Shown: positions 10,014 through 18,814 of the stretch, piece after piece
Numbering within the stretch: position 1 is the first letter of the stretch
Layout: each line of letters starts with the position of its first letter
Made by a program: the position numbers and the translations under genes
Notes under the pieces: model-generated
Database searches by the model: none
Told to the model about the DNA's origin: nothing
What the model saw: only the letters and a program-made list of their open reading frames with translations
Assembly: GCA_965214935.1 (NCBI GenBank)
Contig: CBDCCS010000011.1
Location: forward strand, 64,001 to 128,000
Source: Candidatus Velthaea sp.
Lineage (GTDB): Bacteria; Vulcanimicrobiota; Vulcanimicrobiia; Vulcanimicrobiales; Vulcanimicrobiaceae
Length of the DNA stretch: 64,000 nucleotides
Reading direction: 5' to 3'

Positions 10014-11273
10014 TTGCACGCACGCATGACCGAATCGGCTCCGGCCGATCCGGTCATGCTGCTATCGCCGGCTCCGGTCGAACATGATTATGTCGGGCGC
10101 GATAAGAGCATTGCTTTCCTCGAGTCGCGCTACAAGAAAGACGCGGCCGACATGCTCACGCCGGCACGCTTGTCATCTGAATATCTGCAACGCTACCGCG
10201 AGCATGGCGACATCGGTGATGTACTGCGTGCCGAAGCTGCCGCCCAGACATCGTTGAGCGTGCTACCCGCCGCCCGCAATCCGTTGGGTGATAGTGCGCT
10301 TGCATCCGCCGAGCTCACATTGCACCGCTTTCGAGAAGCAAAGCGTGCGCTGCTAACGGCGCGTGACAAGATCGGCGCGAACTCCGGTAGCGATTCGGCG
10401 TTGGCGGCGATCGATCTCGAACTCGGCGAATATATGCCGGCACGACGGCTGCTCGAGACCGGCAGTATCGAGCACGATCCCGCGGCAGCCGTCGTTCTCG
10501 CCCGCTGGTACGAAATTAGCGGACGTCTTACCCAAGCACAGCGGCTCGTCGATCGCTCGGCGCACTACGCAGACTCGATTTTTAGCGTTCCGGCGGAACG
10601 GCGCGCGTGGTTCCACTTCCGGCTCGGCGAGCTAAAGTTTCTTCACGGTGACAACGACGGCGCCGTTGCCGAAGAACATCATGCGCTCGACTTGTACCCC
10701 GATGACTTTCTCGCACTTGGTGCGCTGGCGCGCGTCGAACTTGCCATCAACGATTACGCTGCGGCGGAAAGCGCTGCGACGCAAGCAGTTGCGATCGTTC
10801 CATCGCCCGAGACGCTCGGCATCCTTGCCGACGCACAAGCACAGCTGGGGAAAACGGTTTCGGCGGCCGCTTCTCGAGCGCAAATTGACGCCGTGGAGAA
10901 AATCGGCAACGCCGAACACGTGAACGACCGGCTCATCGCCGTCTACCTCGCCGATCATCGGCAACGTGTCGACGATGCCTATGTAATTGCCCGTCGAGAG
11001 ATCGGCATTCGCGATGACATTTATGCCGAAGATACGTTAGCTTGGTGCGCGGCCGCCGCCGGCCGCTGGGACGTCGCCCGGATTGCCGAACGCAAAGCGC
11101 TACGATTCGATACCGAGGATCCGCGAATGCAGTATCATGCCGGCGTAATCGCCGCGCATTTCGGTGATGACGCCGAAGCTAAACGCCGGTTCGGTCGCGC
11201 ATTGGCACTCAATCCGCACTTCTCGGCGACACAGGCCGACGATGCGCGCGCGAGGCTCGCTGCCCTAAAATAG
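10014..11273 (+). CDS. tetratricopeptide-repeat protein (true start probably ~9945-9969)
   Basis: Ala-rich helical repeats, ...ALALNPHFS; usual partner of DUF4331 genes; open frame with hydrophobic segment extends upstream of first TTG. Confidence 0.75.
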   Translation: MHARMTESAPADPVMLLSPAPVEHDYVGRDKSIAFLESRYKKDAADMLTPARLSSEYLQRYREHGDIGDVLRAEAAAQTSLSVLPAARNPLGDSALASAELTLHRFREAKRALLTARDKIGANSGSDSALAAIDLELGEYMPARRLLETGSIEHDPAAAVVLARWYEISGRLTQAQRLVDRSAHYADSIFSVPAERRAWFHFRLGELKFLHGDNDGAVAEEHHALDLYPDDFLALGALARVELAINDYAAAESAATQAVAIVPSPETLGILADAQAQLGKTVSAAASRAQIDAVEKIGNAEHVNDRLIAVYLADHRQRVDDAYVIARREIGIRDDIYAEDTLAWCAAAAGRWDVARIAERKALRFDTEDPRMQYHAGVIAAHFGDDAEAKRRFGRALALNPHFSATQADDARARLAALK

Positions 11274-11302
11274 CAAAGGCCCCGATCGCTCGGGGCCTTT
11301 GC
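11273..11302. terminator. bidirectional intrinsic terminator
   Basis: GCAAAGGCCCCGA-tcgc-TCGGGGCCTTTGC perfect 13-bp stem between convergent genes. Confidence 0.85.
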
Positions 11303-11322
11303 AAAGCCGTTCCGACTTTGTA

Positions 11323-11916
11323 TTAAGGCATTAATACCGTGTCGACGACGTGAATCACGCCGTTCGATTGGTAGACGTCACCGATCGTTACGCGCGACAT
11401 CCCACCCTTGGAGTCGGTAAGAACGAGGGTCTGGCCGTCCATCGATGCCGTCAGGTCTTCACCTTGAACGGTCTTGAGCATGGCTTTGCCGCCGCCCGCA
11501 GCGATCTGCGCAGCAATCGCCTTCGAGTCGAGGCGTCCGGCAACAACATGGTACGTCAGGATCTTGGTGAGCGTATCTTTATTTTCCGGCTTCACGAGCG
11601 TATCGACCGTTCCGGCCGGCAATTTCGCGAACGCTTCGTCGGTCGGTGCGAAAACAGTGAACGGCCCGGGGCTGTTGAGCGTGTCGACGAGAGCGGCGGC
11701 TTTGACGGCCGCAACAAGCGTCTTATGATCGGCCGAATTAACGGCATTCGCGACGATCGTTTTGTTCGCATACATTGCGTGTCCGCCGACCATCGGATCC
11801 TTATGCATTGCCATTCCGCTCATCGAATCACCCATCGTGTCGGCGGCAAACGCCGGCGTCAGCGAGAGACACATGGCGCTCATTGCTGCGGCCGCAGCGA
11901 TCTTGCTAATTTTCAT
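11323..11916 (-). CDS. exported fasciclin (FAS1) domain protein
   Basis: Signal peptide; GPFTVFAPTDEAF, ILTYHVV and NGVIHVVDTVLMP motifs; AGGAG RBS. Confidence 0.93.
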   Translation of the reverse strand: MKISKIAAAAAMSAMCLSLTPAFAADTMGDSMSGMAMHKDPMVGGHAMYANKTIVANAVNSADHKTLVAAVKAAALVDTLNSPGPFTVFAPTDEAFAKLPAGTVDTLVKPENKDTLTKILTYHVVAGRLDSKAIAAQIAAGGGKAMLKTVQGEDLTASMDGQTLVLTDSKGGMSRVTIGDVYQSNGVIHVVDTVLMP

Positions 11917-12429
11917 TGAGAGTAGCTCCTAAAGAATTTGCGACGAGTAGCTTGGAGGTTCGGTAGATGAACGAACGGTCGTGCAGCTTAGATGTGTCCG
12001 GCAACGTTTTGGGCCGGGCGGATGCACCGGCGAGCAACGTCGTTAGCGCACGGCTACGCGATACTGCAAAGGTCAACTGCCGGTGGCAAACGGCACACGA
12101 AGACTTAGACCGGCTTCGTCACCGTAACGTTCTCGGTCGACACCGATTCGGCGCACACGTAAGTGAAAGAACCAAAGGGCATACGATGGAGATACATTGG
12201 AGCCGTAACGACCGCAGCGGCGGTCGGTCATTCGATGTGCCTGTGTTGCTTCCGACCGACGTATCCGAGTTTGCTGCTTCGTAAGGAAGATCTACGACGA
12301 GCAAATACATACCGTAACAGATACAGCACATACGGTTTTGGCTACCTTCGTCCGATGGACGGCTGCTTCGAGTCCTGCGCGCAACGCACAACTGGCGGCG
12401 TTGCGCGCGTTGCGCGCGTAGCGGCGTTG

Positions 12430-12750
12430 CGATGCACGATCTCGATGTGCACTTCTTGCTGCGAACGCTGAATGCAGACGATGTAAAACGCTGCGATCTT
12501 ATTCGTCGCATCGTTACGAACGGAATAATCTCGAAGGTTGAAAACAACGTTCGCGATCGACGATTCGTACGTGCGCGTTTTGCTGCGAACGCTCGATGCC
12601 GAGCGATCGTGAGGAAACGATTTCAGGTGTCGATCGTTACGCGCCGATTCCGTCCGAATGGGAAGTCGAATGTAAATGATACCGAACGTGAAGATTACGC
12701 TGCACGATCGAGGTGAGGCGTGCTTGCTTCAAACGCTGGAATGCAATCGA
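12430..12750 (+). repeat. degenerate tandem repeat (~124-144 nt period) in long intergenic spacer
   Basis: TTGCTGCGAACGCT at 12456-12469 and 12580-12593, variant TTGCTTCAAACGCT at 12724-12737; flanks of first two copies also align. Confidence 0.55.
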
Positions 12751-13602
12751 TCCGGAATATCAAGCGTCTCGAATACCGTTCGTCAACAATGGCATGACTC
12801 GGATATGTTCGATTCCGAATGTAACGAGTGCACCGCTGAGAAAGCTTTCACGTGCGAGTGATCTCGAGTGATGAGTTCGAACGAACTTGCGTTACGAACG
12901 ATCCGACCGTTTGAACGCTCTCGGACGGACATACGTGCCCGTGTGGCACGAGCACTTGTTTTCAGCCACATCGATGTTCCACGCTGTTGCGGGGAGTGGC
13001 AGTACGTCTCGATTCACTCACGTCGGGCGGAAATGTTCGACGAATGTTACTTTGCAACGTTCGTGGTGCGTGTCGTGATCGTGCACCTTGCGTTGACTGT
13101 CGGCTCGATCGAATCAGCGCTAATCAATATGGCGTTGATTTCCCTACCTGGTAGACTCCGTATCGTTGAATGAATCGACCTGAACGTCCCGTGCGTTTGT
13201 CGGCCAACGTAACTGTTCGAGTGCCGGCGCGGTAGGTCGTCTGCTTCGACTGCGACATGGAGTGCGGAACAACGCTATTGAAAGACTCACGGTACAGCGG
13301 TCAGGCTGACATTCGATGCCTGCGTCAATCGACAACGCGGGTCGCCGAAGCGTGCGTGTTCTGAGTGGTTGAGTTGAATGAATGTCACAGCGCGCCGCAG
13401 GGTCGAGAAGTAGCGTATTCCGTCGCAGGCCCGGCGAGGACGCAAGTCAATGCGCGCCGGCAAAAACTGCGGCCGTCAAGCCGGCAGATGTGCGCTAACG
13501 GGCCGAAAGCGACCGTGCGACGAGCCGAGGCCGGTTCGGGCGATTTCTCGGCGCTTAGCCGAGCGAGCAACGACGGCTGGCCGCTGCAGCGAGGTATCGG
13601 TC

Positions 13603-13631
13603 TTGACGGGGTTTGACTGTAGTGGTACCAT
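13603..13631 (+). promoter_or_regulatory. sigma70-type rpoB promoter
   Basis: TTGACG-17 nt-TACCAT with extended -10 TG. Confidence 0.75.
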
Positions 13632-13636
13632 CGTCG

Positions 13637-13735
13637 CCTATGTCCCTTGGTGGATAAGATTGTGTTTCGAGCGAGGTGACCTCTCTCCGATGCGAGAGGA
13701 CCTTGTCTTTTTTTGTATTTACCAGGGTTATAGAC
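13637..13735 (+). promoter_or_regulatory. structured rpoB 5' leader with terminator-like hairpin
   Basis: Outer stem CTATGTCCCTTGGT/ACCAGGGTTATAG enclosing AGGTgaCCTCTC...GAGAGGACCT followed by a T-rich run. Confidence 0.5.
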
Positions 13736-13772
13736 CGGCACGACGCTTCGCGAGAGTGGTTACAACGTAAGA

Positions 13773-16700
13773 ATGGCAGCTACAAAGACAACCGTCGACA
13801 AGGCGGAAAAGCCGAAACCCGCGCCGCGGAAGAGGCCTCCGGCCGCTAAGCCCGAGGCGAGCAGCACGGGCGCGAACGGCAACGCAATTCGGCAGAACAA
13901 TATCGCGACTGCGACCTTTGAAGTCCCAGCCGAGGCCTTTACCGTTGAGGCCTACGATGATCCGGGTCCCAAGCGCGCACGCCACACGTTCGCCAAGATC
14001 ACCAGCGCACTCGCGATCCCCGATCTCATCGAGCTTCAGAAAGCTTCGTTTAAATGGTTCATCAACGATGGCCTCAAGGAAGCGTTTGAGTCGATCTCGC
14101 CGATCAAGGATTTCACCGGCAACCTCGTGCTGGAGTTCGGCGAGCATTCGCTAGGCGAGCCGAAGTATTCGGTCGAGGAATGCCGCGAGCGCGACATGAC
14201 CTACAGCGCACCGTTGCGCGTGCGCGTTCGCTTGATCACGGCGGAGTCGGGCGAAATCAAGGGTATTCCCGACCAGGAAATTTTCATGGGCGATTTTCCG
14301 CTCATGACCGACAAGGGAACGTTCATGATCAACGGCGCCGAGCGCGTGATCGTGAGCCAGCTCGTTCGTTCTCCCGGCGTCTATTTGTTGCAGGACAGCG
14401 ACACCAACAGCCGGCCGACATACAACGCCACGATCATCCCGAACCGCGGCGCCTGGATCGAATTCGAAACCGATAACGGCACCAAGAACGACGAAACCGA
14501 GGGGACGATCGGCGTCCGGATCGACAAAAATCGCAAAATCTATGCGACGACGTTTGTCCGGGCGTTGTCGCGTCCGGATCTCGGTTTTGCGTGGGAAGAC
14601 GATGAGGCTATCTTAGGCCTCTTCGATCACTCGCCGCTCATTGCAAATTGTCTTGAAAAAGACAAGGACATCAAGACCAAGGAAGACGCGCTCAAGGAAA
14701 TTTACAAGAAGCTGCGGCCGGGCGAACCTGAGAACGCCGAGAACGCCGAGAAGCTACTCGAGTCGCTGTTCTTTGACGAGAAGCGGTACGACCTCGCGGG
14801 TGTCGGTCGTTATAAGTTGAGTGGGAAACTCGAGCGCGAGTATCCGGCTGCCGGTTTAGCAATCCCGAGCATTGCGAAGAAGGCGCTGACTCGCGAGGAC
14901 ATGATCGCCGTCGTTCGCCGTCTCATTAAAGTTGCAACGAAGCAAGTCAACAAAGACGACATCGATCATTTGGGTAATCGCCGGATTCGCTCGGTTGGAG
15001 AATTGCTCCAAAATCAATTCCGAGTCGGCCTGCTGCGCCTCGAGCGTGTCGTACGCGAGCGCATGACGGTTCAAGATATTGAAACGGTCACGCCGCAAGC
15101 ACTGATCAATATCCGCCCGGTCGTTGCGGCGATCAAAGAGTTCTTCGGTTCTTCGCAGCTGTCGCAGTTCATGGATCAAACAAATTCGTTGGCGGAGCTC
15201 ACGCACAAGCGGCGCTTGTCGGCGCTCGGGCCGGGCGGATTATCGCGCGAACGCGCGGGGTTCGAGGTTCGCGACGTTCACCATAGCCATTACGGGCGCA
15301 TTTGTCCGATCGAGACACCCGAAGGTCCGAACATCGGGTTGATCGGTTCGCTCGCAACATACGCCCGCGTCAACCGGTTCGGCTTTATTGAAACGCCGTA
15401 TCGGGTGGTTTACGACGGTATCGTGACCGATGAGATCAAATACTTCACGGCAGACCGTGAAGACGAATACATCGTCGCTCAAGCCAATACACCCGTCGAC
15501 GACAACGGACGGATTACGTCGAATTCCGTCGTCGCCCGCTATGCCGAAGAATACGTCGAGGAGCCGCCCGACAAGGTGCAGCTCATGGACGTTTCGCCGA
15601 AGCAAATCGTCTCGGTTGCCACCGCGCTTATTCCGTTTCTCGAGCACGACGATGCGAACCGCGCGCTCATGGGCGCGAACATGCAGCGTCAAGCCGTGCC
15701 GCTATTGCGTCCGCAAGCTCCGATCGTCGGCACCGGCATGGAGTATCGCGCCGCCAAGGATTCGGGCGGTTGCGTTTTGGCTCGTCAGTCGGGTCAAATC
15801 GTCGGCGTGGACGCCAAGGCAATCACGCTCAAGCACGACGATGACGGGCTCGACCATCAATACGATCTCTTGAAGTTCACCCGGTCCAACGCCGGGACGT
15901 GCATCAATCAGAAGCCGATCGTCACCGTCGGCGAGCAAGTGATGCGCGGTCAAATCTTGGCCGATGGACCATCGTCGGAGCAAGGCGAGTTGGCCCTGGG
16001 TCAAAACGTGCTCGTCGCGTTCATGCCCTGGGAAGGCTACAACTACGAAGACGCGATTCTCATCAGCGAGCGGATGGTCAAAGACGATCGCTTCACTTCG
16101 ATTCACATCGAGGAATACGAATGCGAAGCGCGCGATACGAAGCTCGGACCTGAAGAGATCACGCGCGATATTCCGAACGTCGGCGAAGACTCGCTCAAAG
16201 ACCTCGATGAAAACGGAATCGTTCGCATCGGCGCCGAGGTGCGTCCGGAGGACATTCTCGTCGGCAAAGTCACGCCTAAAGGCGAGACCGAGCTGACCGC
16301 CGAGGAACGGCTGCTGCGCGCAATCTTTGGTGAGAAGTCGCGCGAAGTCCGCGACACGTCGCTCAAAGTTCCGCATGGTGAAAAAGGCAAGATCATCGAC
16401 GTGAAGCGTTTTTCGCGCGAAAACGGCGATGAATTGTCGCCCGGCGTCAATCATCTCGTTCGCGTCTACGTCGCACAGAAACGCAAAATTCTGCAAGGCG
16501 ACAAGATGGCCGGCCGGCACGGCAATAAAGGCGTCATCGCCAAAGTGCTGCCCGAAGAAGATATGCCGTATACCGACGACGGCACGCCGGTCGATATCGT
16601 TCTGAACCCGCTGGGCGTGCCGTCGCGCATGAATCTCGGTCAGATCATGGAGACGCATCTCGGCTGGGCCGCTTCGATGCTCGGCTTGACGATTGCAACG

Positions 16701-17699
16701 CCCGTCTTCGACGGTGCTCATGCCGAGGACATCGCCGAGTGGCTGCAAGATGCCGGTTTACCGGCGGACGGCAAAACATGGCTACGTGACGGCCGTTCCG
16801 GCGATCGCTTCGGCCGGCCGATCACCGTCGGTTATATCTACATGCTCAAACTCGCGCACTTGGTCGACGATAAGATCCATGCGCGTTCGACCGGCCCGTA
16901 CTCGATGATCACGCAACAGCCGCTGGGCGGCAAGGCACAGTTCGGCGGACAGCGCTTCGGTGAGATGGAAGTCTGGGCGCTCGAAGCATACGGTGCCGCC
17001 TACACCCTGCAAGAGTTGCTGACCGTGAAATCGGATGACGTTGTCGGACGCGTAAAAACATACGAGGCGATCGTCAAAGGCGAGAACGTGCTCGAACCGG
17101 GCGTTCCGGAATCGTTCAAGGTTTTGATCAAAGAACTGCAATCGCTTGCACTCGACGTCAAGGTCTTGACCGAACAGCGTGAAGAGATCGAGATCAAAAT
17201 CCAGGACGACGATATGTCGGAACGGGCGCAAGAGATCGGTCTGCTCATGGGCGACGAAGATCCGCGACTGTCGCAGACGCAACTTGCCGAGCGTGAGGCG
17301 GAACGCGAACGTCTCTCAGCGCCGGCCGGCTTAGCCGACGCGATCGGCGGCGCCGCAATCGACGCTGATGCCGGAGTTGCCGACGGCGTCGTTGAGATCG
17401 AAGAAGAGGAAGAGCCCGAAGAGGAAGTCGACGACTCCGCACCGCTCGTCACCAACGCGTCGAAGCGCGGCGATGACGACGATATCGTTCCGTCGAGTCC
17501 GCTGGGCGGGCTGCGGGCCACGATGACGGATGACGGCGAAATCATCGTCGATGAAGTCGTCGATGAGGAATTGCCGGCGGTCGTCGAGGACGAGGAAGAA
17601 GATCAGGGTTACGTCCTTGAAGACGAAGACGAAGAGTATACCGAAGAGGAAGACGAAGACGACGGTCCGCTCGCGCATTCAACCGACGACGATTACTAA
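13773..17699 (+). CDS. rpoB: DNA-directed RNA polymerase subunit beta
   Basis: [33 protein letters not shown] and GGQRFGEME motifs. Confidence 0.99.
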   Translation: MAATKTTVDKAEKPKPAPRKRPPAAKPEASSTGANGNAIRQNNIATATFEVPAEAFTVEAYDDPGPKRARHTFAKITSALAIPDLIELQKASFKWFINDGLKEAFESISPIKDFTGNLVLEFGEHSLGEPKYSVEECRERDMTYSAPLRVRVRLITAESGEIKGIPDQEIFMGDFPLMTDKGTFMINGAERVIVSQLVRSPGVYLLQDSDTNSRPTYNATIIPNRGAWIEFETDNGTKNDETEGTIGVRIDKNRKIYATTFVRALSRPDLGFAWEDDEAILGLFDHSPLIANCLEKDKDIKTKEDALKEIYKKLRPGEPENAENAEKLLESLFFDEKRYDLAGVGRYKLSGKLEREYPAAGLAIPSIAKKALTREDMIAVVRRLIKVATKQVNKDDIDHLGNRRIRSVGELLQNQFRVGLLRLERVVRERMTVQDIETVTPQALINIRPVVAAIKEFFGSSQLSQFMDQTNSLAELTHKRRLSALGPGGLSRERAGFEVRDVHHSHYGRICPIETPEGPNIGLIGSLATYARVNRFGFIETPYRVVYDGIVTDEIKYFTADREDEYIVAQANTPVDDNGRITSNSVVARYAEEYVEEPPDKVQLMDVSPKQIVSVATALIPFLEHDDANRALMGANMQRQAVPLLRPQAPIVGTGMEYRAAKDSGGCVLARQSGQIVGVDAKAITLKHDDDGLDHQYDLLKFTRSNAGTCINQKPIVTVGEQVMRGQILADGPSSEQGELALGQNVLVAFMPWEGYNYEDAILISERMVKDDRFTSIHIEEYECEARDTKLGPEEITRDIPNVGEDSLKDLDENGIVRIGAEVRPEDILVGKVTPKGETELTAEERLLRAIFGEKSREVRDTSLKVPHGEKGKIIDVKRFSRENGDELSPGVNHLVRVYVAQKRKILQGDKMAGRHGNKGVIAKVLPEEDMPYTDDGTPVDIVLNPLGVPSRMNLGQIMETHLGWAASMLGLTIATPVFDGAHAEDIAEWLQDAGLPADGKTWLRDGRSGDRFGRPITVGYIYMLKLAHLVDDKIHARSTGPYSMITQQPLGGKAQFGGQRFGEMEVWALEAYGAAYTLQELLTVKSDDVVGRVKTYEAIVKGENVLEPGVPESFKVLIKELQSLALDVKVLTEQREEIEIKIQDDDMSERAQEIGLLMGDEDPRLSQTQLAEREAERERLSAPAGLADAIGGAAIDADAGVADGVVEIEEEEEPEEEVDDSAPLVTNASKRGDDDDIVPSSPLGGLRATMTDDGEIIVDEVVDEELPAVVEDEEEDQGYVLEDEDEEYTEEEDEDDGPLAHSTDDDY

Positions 17700-17713
17700 G
17701 ATAGGTCGAACGC

Positions 17714-17749
17714 AAAGACGACTCGTGCCGGACGGCACGAGTCGTCTTT
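17714..17749 (+). terminator. intrinsic terminator after rpoB
   Basis: AAAGACGACTCGTGCC-ggac-GGCACGAGTCGTCTTT perfect 16-bp stem. Confidence 0.88.
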
Positions 17750-17783
17750 CTCTCTGCGGACAACCTCCGATTGGCGACAGACA

Positions 17784-18218
17784 TTGTCCGGTTTGCGCTG
17801 GATGAAGGCGGGCTCGCCAAGTGTGCGCTGGACGTTGTTTGCCGCAATCGCAGTCGTGCTTTTTGTGGCGGCTTTGAGCAATGACGTCTACAATTTAACC
17901 TCACCGCCGGCCTTTGGTCTGCACGTGCTACTGCGCAAGTTTTACAGCATCGTTGCCTTTGCCGTCGTCGGGTCGGCGATGATTTGGGCCTCGAACGCTT
18001 CGCTTCGAGCGACCGCCGTTGCAATCGCTGTCTATAGTGGACTCATCGAGGTCGGCCAGCATATCATTTACGTGCGCGAGCCGTTGTTTTGGAATGCGAT
18101 CGACGTTGCGTGCGGCGCTGCCGGCGGCGCGCTGGCGGGTGCTATCCCTTGGCTTCGCGGGCGATCAAGCGCAGATATCGCCGCGGCTCGAAGGCAGCGT
18201 CCGCTTCCACCCGTTTGA
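17784..18218 (+). CDS. membrane protein, VanZ-like
   Basis: Four hydrophobic segments; LRK..., YSGLIEVGQ and IDVACG...GG patterns; start uncertain. Confidence 0.55.
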   Translation: MSGLRWMKAGSPSVRWTLFAAIAVVLFVAALSNDVYNLTSPPAFGLHVLLRKFYSIVAFAVVGSAMIWASNASLRATAVAIAVYSGLIEVGQHIIYVREPLFWNAIDVACGAAGGALAGAIPWLRGRSSADIAAARRQRPLPPV

Positions 18219-18786
18219 AGGCTTCTTCGCGAACCTGACCGGCGAGCTGCCTGCGGCGAGCCAAAGCGCGATCGAGTTCGTAGAACGCCCGCTCGAATTC
18301 ATCGCCCTCGAGTTCACCGATCTCGCGCTTAAGCCGTGCGATTTCGGCATTGACCTTCTGTTGCAATTCCGAGCTAATTTGCACTTCCGCTGCGTGGATG
18401 CGCGCGAGCAGTGCGTCGAGTTCTTCGACGGTCGGCAGACCGTATGCATTGCGCGCCGTTTCGGGAGCACGGCCGTTGCGGGCGGGAACTTCTTTGCCGG
18501 GCGCGTCGAATTCGGGATATAAGCGAATGATCGAGGGGATCTTCTGCGGGCCTTTGGGTGATTGTAAGCCTTGCGCGATGCCGGTCTCGATCAGTCGCGT
18601 TCGCAACGAGGTGTCGGTAATAATCTTGAGATATTCCGCTGCAACCCCGGACGGAGGACGGTTCGTGCCGAAGAAGTCTGTAGCGCGAGCCTCGGGTAGC
18701 TCTATTGCTTTTTCCCAAAGTCCGGCTCGCGCGTTACGGATCGCTGAATTCACAGTGAGTTCGAGGTTACGCCGGACGGTGTACAC
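18142..18786 (-). CDS. hypothetical protein with C-terminal coiled coil
   Basis: 214-aa ORF with protein-like composition; divergent from ABC-F gene. Confidence 0.6.
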   Translation of the reverse strand: MYTVRRNLELTVNSAIRNARAGLWEKAIELPEARATDFFGTNRPPSGVAAEYLKIITDTSLRTRLIETGIAQGLQSPKGPQKIPSIIRLYPEFDAPGKEVPARNGRAPETARNAYGLPTVEELDALLARIHAAEVQISSELQQKVNAEIARLKREIGELEGDEFERAFYELDRALARRRQLAGQVREEAFKRVEADAAFEPRRYLRLIAREAKG

Positions 18787-18814
18787 TGCCTGGTAACGTC
18801 GACTCGATAACTAT

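Noticed and set aside
13420..13515. Possible c-di-GMP-I riboswitch (GGACGCAAG, GGCAAA, CCGAAAG fragments)
   Set aside because: Elements are not in the required order or pairing, and they lie upstream of the rpoB promoter
11967..13770. Numerous 60-140 aa ORFs in the spacer before rpoB
   Set aside because: Mutually overlapping, Arg/Cys/Ser-rich, no family motifs or convincing RBS
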